From: Bacteroidota bacterium
GTDB taxonomy: Bacteria > Bacteroidota > Bacteroidia > Bacteroidales > VadinHA17
DNA: 64,000 nucleotides
Direction: 5' to 3'
Assembly (NCBI GenBank): GCA_022703405.1
Contig: JAKLDT010000002.1
Location: forward strand, 244-64,243
How positions within the stretch are numbered: the stretch's first letter is position 1; the number at the start of each line of letters is the position of its first letter. Both the position numbers and the translations under genes were made by a program. The notes under the pieces were generated by a model, which was given only the letters and a program-made list of their open reading frames with translations, had not been told where the DNA came from and made no database searches. Shown in pieces: positions 26,835 through 36,835 of the stretch.

Positions 26835-27406
26835 TTTTTAACGCACCTGACCGAATACCTGTCTCTTTTGTCAGTACCGGGAATATCCTCAATATCTTCC
26901 TTCCGTGAGATATCAGTTACAATCATTTTGTCAATAATAAGGTAGCTGAAATATTCAGCGCTATGCTTGTCATATTCAGTTGAAGTCCAGTAATAGGCGC
27001 TTTCATTCAGCTCAGAAAATGTTCCCTCATGATCCTGCATACCACCAAGACTTATTTCGAATGAGAGAGTGTCTCCGTTCTTCGTTCTCCACGACTCAAG
27101 GTTCTGGAAGTGGTTTGAGAGTTCCCTGAATTCCGAACCGGATGGAAGATGCCAGCCGTCAGGACAGGCTGTTTGTGCAGCTTTCCAGTTGTACAGCATT
27201 CCGAAATCAGCGCTGTTGTTAATATCGTTATCATAAAAAACAGAACCCGTTTTGCTTTTGAACCTCAGATTCTCAGCCATCCAGGTTTTGTTGCTGATTA
27301 TCACTGTTCTGTATTTATTTCCGTCCCTTCTGTCAGTTAGTATTTCCTGGGCAAAAACAGTATAAACTGAAAAAAACAATACTGCTGCACTAATAAACTT
27401 TTTCAT
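26828..27406 (-). CDS. FISUMP (Fibrobacter succinogenes major paralogous) domain protein, secreted
   Basis: Signal peptide, then DGNKYRTVIISNKTWMAENL...LYNW...CPDGWHLPS...YWTST...VRCVKN. Confidence 0.75.
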   Translation of the reverse strand: MKKFISAAVLFFSVYTVFAQEILTDRRDGNKYRTVIISNKTWMAENLRFKSKTGSVFYDNDINNSADFGMLYNWKAAQTACPDGWHLPSGSEFRELSNHFQNLESWRTKNGDTLSFEISLGGMQDHEGTFSELNESAYYWTSTEYDKHSAEYFSYLIIDKMIVTDISRKEDIEDIPGTDKRDRYSVRCVKNQ

Positions 27407-27595
27407 ATCATCTGCAATTTGTCTGCAATAAATCCGGCAACCTGAAATGAAAGTCTGCCTGATGTCAGTTTCAAAATTAGCCTATTCAATACTAAAAAAC
27501 AGTTGAAAAACCATAATGTTATTAACTATTTTGTCATTTCTGCAGAACAAGCATGTCGCATAAATGTTTAAAAGATGAAAGTCTCAGAAAATATA

Positions 27596-27603
27596 TAACT
27601 TTG
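27596..27603 (+). promoter_or_regulatory. Bacteroidota -7 promoter box (TAnnTTTG) for the dCMP deaminase gene
   Basis: taactttg, ending 32 nt upstream of the ATG at 27636. Confidence 0.45.
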
Positions 27604-27635
27604 AGGCCGTTTAAACAATAATAAATAAAGCAGGG

Positions 27636-28106
27636 ATGGCTGAAAAAAAGAACCTGAGGCCTTACGGGGAAAAACAGACAGCCTTTGACAAACGCTATCT
27701 TGAAATGGCTCTCATCTGGGCTCAGAACTCCTATTGCATAAGAAGGCAGGTAGGTGCTCTTATTGTAAAGGAGAAAATGATAATCTCTGATGGTTATAAC
27801 GGTACTCCTGCCGGCTTTGAAAATGTATGTGAGGATGAGAACAATGTAACAAAGCCTTATGTTCTGCATGCTGAAGCCAATGCCATAACAAAAGTTGCAA
27901 AATCAAATAATTCAAGCGAAGGTTCCACTCTCTATGTTACAACATCACCATGCATGGAATGTGCCAAACTGATAATTCAGTCTGGCATAAAAAGGGTAGT
28001 GTACTGCAACCGCTATCATAAGACTGACGGGCTTGACCTGCTGAAGAGAGCCGGAATTGAACTTGTCTTTATTGATCCTGAAAACAATATTTATGAGATA
28101 CAATAA
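27636..28106 (+). CDS. dCMP deaminase (ComEB-type cytidine/deoxycytidylate deaminase)
   Basis: Zinc-binding motifs HAEANAI and PCMECAKLI. Confidence 0.85.
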   Translation: MAEKKNLRPYGEKQTAFDKRYLEMALIWAQNSYCIRRQVGALIVKEKMIISDGYNGTPAGFENVCEDENNVTKPYVLHAEANAITKVAKSNNSSEGSTLYVTTSPCMECAKLIIQSGIKRVVYCNRYHKTDGLDLLKRAGIELVFIDPENNIYEIQ

Positions 28107-29697
28107 TTCAAACTTTAAAATCTATCTTCCGATAATTATTGCCGTTGCAGTGTCAGCAGGCATACTAATAGGCAGAATGCTGCCTGTGAATTCCGATATT
28201 CAGTATCACTCAAATATTAAATCGCGGAACGATAAGCTGAGCAACATCCTGAGCATTATTGAAGCCAGTTATGTTGATACTGTCAACCGTAATCAGCTGA
28301 CCGAAGCGGCAATACCTGCCATTCTTAAAAAGCTCGATCCGCATTCAATCTATATTCCGGCAAAGGATTATGCAAGAGCAAACGAACCACTCAGGGGCAA
28401 CTTTGAAGGCATAGGAATTTCCTTTAATATGATGACAGATACAATACTGGTTATCAGCACTATACCCGGAGGGCCTTCGGAAAAACTCGGACTTCTTCCC
28501 GGGGATAAGATCATATATGTTAATGACTCACTTGTTGCCGGAAGGAAGGTATCTGAGGAAAGAGTAATGGGCATGCTTAAAGGTGCAAAGGGAACAGTTG
28601 TAAAAGTAAAAATCCTCAGAAACGGAAGCAGGGAGCTGATTCCTTTTGAAATAACCCGCGACAAAATACCAATCTACAGCGTTGATGTGGATTATATGGT
28701 AAACGACAACACCGGCTATATAAAGATAAACTCATTTGCAGTAACTACTTATGAGGAATTCATGAAGGGTCTGGCAGATATGAGGGCTAAAGGGATGAAG
28801 AAACTGATTGTTGACCTCAGGGGTAACTCCGGAGGAGTAATGGAAGCCGCAATCAGAATAGCAAACGAATTCCTGAAAGAAGGGCAGCTGATTGTTTACA
28901 CAATGGGAAGAGCTCAGCCAAGAAATGAGGCCAGAGCCACTGGAAAAGGAGTTTTTCAGGATGGTGACCTTGTTGTTCTCATTGATGAATGGAGTGCTTC
29001 AGCAAGTGAAATACTTGCCGGCGCAATACAGGACAACGACCGGGGAACAATTATAGGAAGAAGATCTTTCGGGAAGGGGCTTGTTCAGGAACCCGTTGAT
29101 TTTTCTGATGGTTCCGGACTGAGGCTTACTATTGCAAGATACTACACTCCGACAGGAAGATCAATTCAGAAACCATACGCAGAAGGCTTTGACAAATATT
29201 ACGACGACCTGAATGAGCGTTTTAACCACGGTGAATTTGAAGTATCCGACAGCATCCAGTTTTCTGATTCACTTAAATTCACAACACCGGGCGGAAAGAC
29301 AGTTTATGGAGGAGGTGGCATAATGCCTGACAGGTTTGTTCCTGTTGACACGACAATGATGTCGGCTTACCTGGCCAAGGTAAGAGCTCTTGTATACAGG
29401 TTTGCACTTAAGTACACTGAAACCAACAGGGACAAGCTGAAAGCATATACAGAAGCCGGTGAACTTGAAAAGTATCTCGACAAACAGGCTCTGCTTGATC
29501 AGTTTGTCGCTTTTGCAGAAAGTAATAATATAAGAAAGGATCCGGCCGGTCTGAAAATATCAGGGAAAATAATTCACACTCAGCTGAAAGCTTATATTGC
29601 ACGGAACATACTTGATAACAAGGGTTTCTATCCTATCTGGGAGGAGATAGACACTACACTCCGATATGCTATAGATTATCTTGGGAAAAACAATTAA
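28093..29697 (+). CDS. S41-family C-terminal processing peptidase
   Basis: PDZ-like region GGPSEKLGLLPGDKII, then DLRGNSGG and SASASEILAGA motifs. The in-frame ATG at 28093 (MRYNNSNFKIYLPIIIAV, a TM anchor) is preferred over the track start at 28057. Confidence 0.85.
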   Translation: MRYNNSNFKIYLPIIIAVAVSAGILIGRMLPVNSDIQYHSNIKSRNDKLSNILSIIEASYVDTVNRNQLTEAAIPAILKKLDPHSIYIPAKDYARANEPLRGNFEGIGISFNMMTDTILVISTIPGGPSEKLGLLPGDKIIYVNDSLVAGRKVSEERVMGMLKGAKGTVVKVKILRNGSRELIPFEITRDKIPIYSVDVDYMVNDNTGYIKINSFAVTTYEEFMKGLADMRAKGMKKLIVDLRGNSGGVMEAAIRIANEFLKEGQLIVYTMGRAQPRNEARATGKGVFQDGDLVVLIDEWSASASEILAGAIQDNDRGTIIGRRSFGKGLVQEPVDFSDGSGLRLTIARYYTPTGRSIQKPYAEGFDKYYDDLNERFNHGEFEVSDSIQFSDSLKFTTPGGKTVYGGGGIMPDRFVPVDTTMMSAYLAKVRALVYRFALKYTETNRDKLKAYTEAGELEKYLDKQALLDQFVAFAESNNIRKDPAGLKISGKIIHTQLKAYIARNILDNKGFYPIWEEIDTTLRYAIDYLGKNN

Positions 29698-30473
29698 ATA
29701 AATTTCCTGATAAGATCCGCAGCAAGGTCAGCTTCTTCAATGAATCCCATGTGTCCTGAATTCTCCAGTATAACGGCCTCAGAACCAGATGGAAGATTTA
29801 CAATCCTCAGCATCTCGTCTGCATTGATATGACTGTCATGCCGCCCGAGAATCCAAAGAAACGGAATTGTACCGTCCTCAATCAGACCCGGCCTTGAAGG
29901 TCTTTCAATCATCCCATACAGGTCGGCAATTATCGTCTCATCCTTAGTTTCTAATGATAATAAAACCGAGGCTTCGATCTCCCTGCTGAATTTTTTCTGA
30001 TTATATTGAGAATACAGGGCTGCGACAAAACCCGGTATCATTATACCTTTTTTACCAGCATTCACTATTTCAATATTCATTTTTCTTTTTTCTACAGCTG
30101 CGGGCTTGTCACTGAATGGATGTGAATGAAATAATGAATAAGCAGAAAGATATTCCGGAAACATCTGTCTGAATGCAAGCACAGCATAGCCACCCATCGA
30201 ATGACCCACAATAAAAGCCTTCTTAATTCCAAGGTTGTCGAGCAGATCCTTCATTGATCCGGCAAACAGCTCCATTGAATTGACTGTTCCCCGGCTGTCG
30301 GATTCTCCATGCCCGGGGAGATCGATTGCAATGACCCGGTAATTATCTGTTAACCTTGCTGCAAAATCATCCCAGACATCTTTTGTTTCGAGATATCCAT
30401 GAACCAGAAAAATAACCTGACCCTTGCCTTTATCACTATAGCCTATTTTTCTGTTATTTATTGAAATCTGCAT
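29694..30473 (-). CDS. Alpha/beta-fold hydrolase
   Basis: 259 aa with HG..E and the nucleophile elbow GHSMGG. Confidence 0.8.
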   Translation of the reverse strand: MQISINNRKIGYSDKGKGQVIFLVHGYLETKDVWDDFAARLTDNYRVIAIDLPGHGESDSRGTVNSMELFAGSMKDLLDNLGIKKAFIVGHSMGGYAVLAFRQMFPEYLSAYSLFHSHPFSDKPAAVEKRKMNIEIVNAGKKGIMIPGFVAALYSQYNQKKFSREIEASVLLSLETKDETIIADLYGMIERPSRPGLIEDGTIPFLWILGRHDSHINADEMLRIVNLPSGSEAVILENSGHMGFIEEADLAADLIRKFI

Positions 30474-30486
30474 GCTTATAATTTAT

Positions 30487-30494
30487 TAGTTTTG
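30487..30494 (+). promoter_or_regulatory. Bacteroidota -7 promoter box for sdhCAB
   Basis: tagttttg matches TAnnTTTG and ends 46 nt upstream of the sdhC ATG. Confidence 0.45.
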
Positions 30495-30540
30495 TAAAAG
30501 TAGCTAATTATCTGAACTCTGGTTTTAATATACAAAAGCG

Positions 30541-31185
30541 ATGAGTAAAATCCTTTTTGCATCCATTTCGAAAAAGTTTGTGATGGCACTGGCCGGTTTG
30601 TTTCTTCTTACCTTCCTGCCTGTACATCTGATAATCAATTTCATGCTCCTCAGAAGCGATCCTGTACCATTTAACAGTGCAGCTCATTTCATGGCCACAT
30701 TCCCTCTTATAAAAATATTTGAGGTTGTTCTGATAGCCGCAATTCTGATTCACATAACGTATGGGATAATCCTTCAGGTGGCAAACTGGCTTGCAAGACC
30801 CACCGGGTATGTAAGCGGTAATAAATCAGACACTTCATTCTTTTCAAAATTCATGATCTGGACCGGAGCAAGTGTACTCACTTTTCTTGTACTTCACTTC
30901 TTTAACTTTTACTTTGTCAAGCTTGGTTTTGTGCAGGGTGACCCTGAAGATTTTTATACATTAGCACATAAGCTGTTTAAGATACCGGCATATAATTACA
31001 TTTACCTGGCATGTTTTATTCTCCTGGGATTTCACCTTTACCATGCTTTTTCATCTGCTTTTCAGACCCTCGGACTAAATCACAGGATATGGACTCCTGT
31101 CGTAAAAAAAGCAGCACTGATATATGCAATAGCAATCCCTGCAGGTTTTGCATATATATCAGTTACATTGTGGCTTTTCAGATAG
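30541..31185 (+). CDS. sdhC: Succinate dehydrogenase/fumarate reductase cytochrome b subunit (Bacteroidota type)
   Basis: 214 aa, about 5 TM segments with conserved His residues. Sits directly upstream of the flavoprotein subunit. Confidence 0.8.
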   Translation: MSKILFASISKKFVMALAGLFLLTFLPVHLIINFMLLRSDPVPFNSAAHFMATFPLIKIFEVVLIAAILIHITYGIILQVANWLARPTGYVSGNKSDTSFFSKFMIWTGASVLTFLVLHFFNFYFVKLGFVQGDPEDFYTLAHKLFKIPAYNYIYLACFILLGFHLYHAFSSAFQTLGLNHRIWTPVVKKAALIYAIAIPAGFAYISVTLWLFR

Positions 31186-31206
31186 TAATCAGGAAAACTT
31201 GAAAAT

Positions 31207-33126
31207 ATGGGAAAACTTGATTCCAAAATACCCGATGGTCCTCTTGCTCAGAAATGGACAAGATTCAAGGCGACAACAAAACTTGTAAACCCTGCCAATA
31301 AGAAAAAACTTGAGGTAATTATTGTTGGAACCGGAATATCAGGCGCCGGAGCTGCTTCAGCTCTGGGCGAACAGGGATACAATGTAAAGATATTCTGTTA
31401 TCAGGATTCGCCACGAAGGGCACATTCTGTTGCTGCCCAGGGAGGCATAAATGCCACCAAGAACTACCAGAATGATAATGACAGCACCTACCGTCTCTTT
31501 TATGACATGATAAAGGGAGGAGATTACAGGGCCAGGGAAGCAAATGTGTACAGGGCCGCTGAGGTAAGCAACCAGGTTATAGATCATTTTACGGCTCTTG
31601 GCGTTCCCTTTGCCCGCGATTACGGAGGAACTCTCGACACGAGATCGTTTGGCGGAGTTCAGGTGTCAAGAACTTTTTATGCAAAGGGACAGACAGGCCA
31701 GCAGTGTCTTCTTGGAACCTATTCTTCGCTTAACAGGCAGATTAAAAAGGGCTCAGTAACAATTTTCCCGAGGCGTGAAATGCTTGATATTGTTGTAATT
31801 GACGGAAAAGCAAGAGGCATTATAACAAGAAACCTTATTACCGGTGAGATCGAAAGGCACTCTGCCCATGCCGTCGTTCTTGCTACAGGAGGATATGGAA
31901 CAATTTACTATCTGTCGACACTTGCAGTTAATTCGAATCCTTCTGCAGCCTGGAAAGCTCATAAAAAAGGGGCCTTCTTCGCAAACCCAAGCTTCATACA
32001 GATACATCCCACTAGCGTACCGCAGCTAAACGAATTCCAGTCAAAGCTTACCCTTATGTCAGAGTCCCTGAGGAATGACGGAAGAATATGGGTTCCAAAA
32101 ACTAAAGGAGACAAGCGTCATGCCAATGATATTCCCGAGGAAGACAGGGATTACTATCTTGAAAGAAGGTATCCTGCATTCGGGAACCTCGTCCCGAGGG
32201 ATGTGGCTTCAAGAGCAGCAAAGGAAAGATGCGATGCCGGTTATGGTGTTGGAGAAACAGGACTTGCCGTTAATCTTGACTTCAGGGATGCAATAAAAAA
32301 ACAGGGCAAAAAGGCGATAGAAGGAAAATACGGTAACCTTTTTGATATGTACAGGAACATTACCGGCATTGATCCATATACCCAACCAATGAGGATCTAT
32401 CCTGCAGGACATTATACAATGGGTGGTCTCTGGGTCGATTATGAGCTGATGACAACAGTACCCGGACTTTATTCAATAGGAGAATCAAATTTTTCCGATC
32501 ACGGCGCTAACCGGCTGGGAGCCAGCTCACTCATGCAGGCAGCAGGTGACGGATACTTTATTCTGCCCAACACAATAAATAATTACCTGTCAGATGAAAT
32601 AAGGACAGCTAAAATTTCAACTGACAAGCCGGAATTTGAGGAAGCTGAAAAATCAGTAAGAGAAAGACTTGACAGGCTGATGTCGATAAAAGGCAAACAG
32701 AATGCCGGCTCTTTCCATAAACGTCTGGGAAAGATAATGTGGGACCACTGCGGAATGTCCAGGAATGAGGCAGGATTGAAGGAAGCTCTTAAACTTATTG
32801 CTGAGCTTAAGGAAGAATTCTGGAAAGACCTGAATGTACCGGGAACACAGAATGAGGTTAACCAGGAGCTCGAAAAGGCAGGAAGGGTGGCTGATCTGTT
32901 CGAACTCGCAGAACTACTTGTCAATGATGCACTTAACAGAAAAGAATCTTGTGGCGCTCATTTCCGTGAGGAATTCCAGACACCCGATGGTGAAGCCCTG
33001 CGAAATGATGAGGAATTCACTTATGTTGCTGCCTGGGAATTTGCCGGTGAAGGCAAAGCTCCCATACTTCATAAGGAAGAACTTAAGTTCGAGGAAGTCG
33101 AAATGAAAGTACGGTCATATAAATAA
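31207..33126 (+). CDS. sdhA: Succinate dehydrogenase/fumarate reductase flavoprotein subunit
   Basis: 639 aa. FAD-binding motif [14 protein letters not shown], covalent-FAD His region [13 protein letters not shown] and HPT...HYTMGG motifs. Confidence 0.92.
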   Translation: MGKLDSKIPDGPLAQKWTRFKATTKLVNPANKKKLEVIIVGTGISGAGAASALGEQGYNVKIFCYQDSPRRAHSVAAQGGINATKNYQNDNDSTYRLFYDMIKGGDYRAREANVYRAAEVSNQVIDHFTALGVPFARDYGGTLDTRSFGGVQVSRTFYAKGQTGQQCLLGTYSSLNRQIKKGSVTIFPRREMLDIVVIDGKARGIITRNLITGEIERHSAHAVVLATGGYGTIYYLSTLAVNSNPSAAWKAHKKGAFFANPSFIQIHPTSVPQLNEFQSKLTLMSESLRNDGRIWVPKTKGDKRHANDIPEEDRDYYLERRYPAFGNLVPRDVASRAAKERCDAGYGVGETGLAVNLDFRDAIKKQGKKAIEGKYGNLFDMYRNITGIDPYTQPMRIYPAGHYTMGGLWVDYELMTTVPGLYSIGESNFSDHGANRLGASSLMQAAGDGYFILPNTINNYLSDEIRTAKISTDKPEFEEAEKSVRERLDRLMSIKGKQNAGSFHKRLGKIMWDHCGMSRNEAGLKEALKLIAELKEEFWKDLNVPGTQNEVNQELEKAGRVADLFELAELLVNDALNRKESCGAHFREEFQTPDGEALRNDEEFTYVAAWEFAGEGKAPILHKEELKFEEVEMKVRSYK

Positions 33127-33160
33127 AGGTTGAAGGCGAAAGGCAAAAGGCGAAAGTTGA
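33126..33160 (+). repeat. Heptamer tandem array (AAGGCGA-type, 5 units) starting in the sdhA stop codon
   Basis: The units aaggttg, aaggcga, aaggcaa, aaggcga and aagttga occur at an exact 7-nt period. Confidence 0.8.
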
Positions 33161-33183
33161 ATAAAATTATACTCATGTCCAGG

Positions 33184-33210
33184 CTCCCCTCTCTGGAGGG
33201 GCTGGGGGAG
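33184..33210. repeat. GC-rich C/G-run hairpin inside the sdhA-sdhB spacer
   Basis: In ctcccctctctggaggggctgggggag, cccctc (33186-33191) pairs with gagggg (33196-33201) across a 4-nt loop. Alternatively ctcccc pairs with ggggag. Confidence 0.7.
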
Positions 33211-33256
33211 GATTAAATGAATAGACTAATAGAACCTGACAAATACAATTAAAAAT

Positions 33257-33991
33257 ATGAATCTTACTCTTAAGATATGGCGGCAGAAGAATGCAGAGGC
33301 CAAAGGCAGTTTTGAGACTTATCAGATGAATAATGTATCTCCTGAAATGGCCTTTCTCGAAATGCTTGATGCCCTGAACAAAAGGCTTGTTGAAGAGGAC
33401 AGGGAACCGGTTGCCTTCGACCATGACTGCCGTGAAGGGATCTGTGGTTCATGTGGCATGTATATAAACGGACATCCTCACGGACCAATTCCCGCAATAA
33501 CCACCTGCCACCTTTCAATGAGGTATTTCAAAGACGGGGAGACAATATGGATTGAGCCATGGCGTGCGAAACCATTTCCGGTAATTAAAGACCTTATTGT
33601 TGACAGGTCAGCTTTTGACAAGATACAGGTTGCAGGAGGATTCATTTCAGTAAATACTGGAAGTGCGCCAGAAGCCAATGCTATTCGTATTCCGAAAAAG
33701 GATTCTGATTCAGCTTTTGATGCAGCTGTCTGCATTGGCTGCGGAGCCTGTGTGGCTGCCTGCAAAAATGCTTCAGCCATGCTGTTTGTTTCAGCCAAGA
33801 TATCACAGTTTGCCCTCCAGCCACAGGGACGCGCAGAGGCCAGGGACAGGGTCAGGGCCATGGTCACAGAAATGGACAAACTTGGTTTCGGCAGCTGCTC
33901 AAACACAGGAGCATGTGAGGCTGAATGTCCCAAACAAATCAAATTAACAAACATAGCCCGTCTTAACAGGGAGTTTTATAAAGCTTTCTGA
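33257..33991 (+). CDS. sdhB: Succinate dehydrogenase/fumarate reductase iron-sulfur subunit
   Basis: 244 aa. Cys clusters [22 protein letters not shown] and [12 protein letters not shown]. Confidence 0.92.
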   Translation: MNLTLKIWRQKNAEAKGSFETYQMNNVSPEMAFLEMLDALNKRLVEEDREPVAFDHDCREGICGSCGMYINGHPHGPIPAITTCHLSMRYFKDGETIWIEPWRAKPFPVIKDLIVDRSAFDKIQVAGGFISVNTGSAPEANAIRIPKKDSDSAFDAAVCIGCGACVAACKNASAMLFVSAKISQFALQPQGRAEARDRVRAMVTEMDKLGFGSCSNTGACEAECPKQIKLTNIARLNREFYKAF

Positions 33992-33999
33992 AACAAATC

Positions 34000-35721
34000 A
34001 TGAAACGCAGGAAATTCGTACATCTTGTTGCGGCCGGAAGTGGTTCTGCTCTTGCAGTGCCATTGGTCGGATCACCGCTGATAATAAATAATACAAAACA
34101 TTCAGCTGAAACAGGCACAGGGCAATCAGGCCTTAAGGCAGATCTTGTGATTGCAGGAGGAGGTCTCGGGGCATGTGCAGCTGCACTTGCTTCTCTGAGA
34201 AATGGAATGAAAGTGATAATGACTGAGGAAACTGACTGGCTGGGAGGTCAGATATCCCAGCAGGGAGTTCCGCCAGACGAACACCAGTGGATTGAAACTC
34301 ACGGGGGAACAAAAACTTACAGGGACTTCCGGAATAAGATCCGCGATTACTACTTCCGTAATTATCCTCTTACAGATACGGCAAGAAACAATAAATACCT
34401 AAATCCGGGGGATGGTTCAGTATCAAGATTATGCCATGAACCAGCAGTTGCGGCAGCTGTCCTTGATGAACTTATGGCTCCCTGGATAAGCTCCGGAAAA
34501 CTTATAATTCTCAAAAACAATAAAATAGCGGCAGCCGATGTAAGCGGTGACAAAATAAACGCCCTTGAGACAATCAGCCTTCGCACAGGCATAAAGCAAC
34601 TGCTGTATGCACCAATTTTCATTGATGCAACGGAGCTTGGAACTTTGCTGCCTCTTACTGGTACTGAATATGTTACAGGTTCTGAGGCTAAAAAGGAAAC
34701 AGGTGAATTGCATGCAGCTGAAAAAGCTGATCCGGAAAACAACCAGTCATTTACAGTTTGCTTTGCAATGGATTACATTGAAGGCGAGGACAATACAATT
34801 GACAAACCTGCTGAATATGAGTTCTGGAAAAACCATACTCCTCCCCTGACGCCACCATGGTCGGGCAAGCTTCTCGACTTGCATTATTCAACTCCTTCTA
34901 CACTTGTTCCCAAAGAACTGGGATTCAATCCTTCCGGTGCTGACACATCACCACTGCTAAACCTGTGGAACTACAGAAGGATTATAAATAAGAATAATTT
35001 CAGGTCAGGCACATACAGGAGTGATATAACTATTGTAAACTGGCCCCAGAACGATTACATGCTTGGCAACATTATAACAAGAAATGAGTCTGAATACAAA
35101 CTTCACCTTAACAGGGCCGGGCAACTTAGTCTCTCATTTCTGTACTGGCTTCAGACCGAAGCACCACGGCCCGACAAGGGATATGGATGGAAAGGGCTGA
35201 GACTGAGAAAAGATATAATGGGTACTGATGATGGTCTTGCTAAATTCCCTTATGTCCGTGAATCAAGAAGAATTAAAGCCTTGTTTACAGTACTCGAAGA
35301 GCATGTCGGCAAGGAAAACAGATCTATTGTAACGGGTGTAAAGGAAAACATTAAGGCTGCAGAATTCCACGACAGCGTAGGAACAGGCTATTATCACATC
35401 GATCTTCATCCCTCATCCGGAGGAAATAATTATATCGACTTTCCTTCGCTTCCCTTTCAGATACCCCTCGGGTCTCTTATCCCTCAAAGAGTTGAAAACC
35501 TGCTGGCTGCAAATAAAAATATCGGAACAACACATATAACAAACGGATGCTACAGACTGCATCCCGTTGAATGGAACATAGGTGAATCGGCCGGAATGCT
35601 GAGTGCATTCATCTCATCAAAAGGAATTCCCCCACGGAAAGTCAGGGAAGACAAAAAGCTCCTTGAAGAATTTCAGCAGCTTATCCGCTCACAGGGAATT
35701 GAAACACACTGGCCGGAATAG
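34000..35721 (+). CDS. FAD-dependent oxidoreductase (FAD_oxidored-type) with TAT-like signal
   Basis: TAT-like MKRRKFVHLVAAGSGSALA and a dinucleotide-binding motif DLVIAGGGLGACAAA. 573 aa. Confidence 0.75.
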   Translation: MKRRKFVHLVAAGSGSALAVPLVGSPLIINNTKHSAETGTGQSGLKADLVIAGGGLGACAAALASLRNGMKVIMTEETDWLGGQISQQGVPPDEHQWIETHGGTKTYRDFRNKIRDYYFRNYPLTDTARNNKYLNPGDGSVSRLCHEPAVAAAVLDELMAPWISSGKLIILKNNKIAAADVSGDKINALETISLRTGIKQLLYAPIFIDATELGTLLPLTGTEYVTGSEAKKETGELHAAEKADPENNQSFTVCFAMDYIEGEDNTIDKPAEYEFWKNHTPPLTPPWSGKLLDLHYSTPSTLVPKELGFNPSGADTSPLLNLWNYRRIINKNNFRSGTYRSDITIVNWPQNDYMLGNIITRNESEYKLHLNRAGQLSLSFLYWLQTEAPRPDKGYGWKGLRLRKDIMGTDDGLAKFPYVRESRRIKALFTVLEEHVGKENRSIVTGVKENIKAAEFHDSVGTGYYHIDLHPSSGGNNYIDFPSLPFQIPLGSLIPQRVENLLAANKNIGTTHITNGCYRLHPVEWNIGESAGMLSAFISSKGIPPRKVREDKKLLEEFQQLIRSQGIETHWPE

Positions 35722-35741
35722 AGAATTAAAGAAAAAAAATT

Positions 35742-36830
35742 ATGAAGACTGAACAAACAAGACGTGATTTCCTGAAGAAATCAACTATCACCGGCATGGC
35801 AGCAATGACTGTACCTTTTGCCGGTTGTGCACAAACAGACAACAACCTGCCTGAAGAACAGAGCACAGAATCAAAACTTATTGTACCTAAAGGCAATGCC
35901 CTTCCAATTACAGGTACCTTTCTCGATGAGATCTCGCATGATATTCCTCATCAGAACTGGGGAGAAAAAGAATGGGATGCAGAGTTTGTACACATGAAGG
36001 CAATTGGTATTGATACAGTTATAATGATCCGCTCAGGGTACAGGAAGTTCATAACATTTCCCTCAGAGTACCTTCTGAAAAAGGGCTGTTATATGCCTTC
36101 CGTCGACCTGCTTGAAATGTTTCTGCGCCTGGCAGATAAACACGGCCTTAAATTTTTCTTCGGCCTGTATGATTCAGGCAAATACTGGGATACCGGCGAC
36201 CTGTCCTGGGAAATTGAGGACAATAAATATGTAATTGACGAGGTATGGAAAAATTACGGAAGTAAATTCAAGAGCTTCCAGGGCTGGTATATAAGCGGTG
36301 AAATAAGCAGAAAGACAAAAGGTGCAATCGGGGCATTCCAGGCAATGGGGAAACAGTGCAAGGATGTATCGGGAGGTCTGCCCACATTCATTTCTCCGTG
36401 GATTGACGGGAAAAAAGCTGTCGAGGCTGCCAAGGGATCCCTTACAAAGGAAGCTTCAGTATCGGTCCTTGAACATGAAAAGGAATGGGGAGAAATTTTT
36501 GACGGCATTCATGATGTTGTTGATGCTGTTGCCTTCCAGGATGGCCATATCGATTATAATGAGCTGGATGCATTCTTTTCCGTAAATAAAAAGCTTGCTG
36601 ACAAGTATGGCATGAAATGCTGGACAAATGCTGAAACTTTCGACAGGGATATGCCAATTAAATTTTTTCCGCTTAAATTTGACAAGCTCAGATTGAAACT
36701 TGAAGCGGCAAAAAGAGCAGGCTACGATAAGGCGATTACTTTTGAGTTTTCTCATTTTATGAGCCCCCAGTCAGCATATATCCAGGCAGGACATCTTTAC
36801 AGGCGCTACAGGGAATATTTTAATATGTAA
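35742..36830 (+). CDS. DUF4434-family protein (glycoside-hydrolase-like TIM barrel) with TAT-like signal
   Basis: TAT-like TRRDFLKKSTITGMAAMTVPFAGC. ITGTFLDEISHDIPHQNWG...MKAIGIDTVIMIR is typical of DUF4434. Confidence 0.6.
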   Translation: MKTEQTRRDFLKKSTITGMAAMTVPFAGCAQTDNNLPEEQSTESKLIVPKGNALPITGTFLDEISHDIPHQNWGEKEWDAEFVHMKAIGIDTVIMIRSGYRKFITFPSEYLLKKGCYMPSVDLLEMFLRLADKHGLKFFFGLYDSGKYWDTGDLSWEIEDNKYVIDEVWKNYGSKFKSFQGWYISGEISRKTKGAIGAFQAMGKQCKDVSGGLPTFISPWIDGKKAVEAAKGSLTKEASVSVLEHEKEWGEIFDGIHDVVDAVAFQDGHIDYNELDAFFSVNKKLADKYGMKCWTNAETFDRDMPIKFFPLKFDKLRLKLEAAKRAGYDKAITFEFSHFMSPQSAYIQAGHLYRRYREYFNM

Positions 36831-36835
36831 GATTT

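Noticed and set aside
27534-27869. 111-aa minus-strand ORF overlapping the dCMP deaminase start
   Set aside because: It is antisense to a well-supported gene and its promoter box, and it has no recognisable motif.
33173-33424. 83-aa minus-strand ORF spanning the GC-rich hairpin and the start of sdhB
   Set aside because: Its C-terminal tail (PPPAPPERGAWT) is just the translation of the C/G-run hairpin, and the rest is antisense to sdhB.
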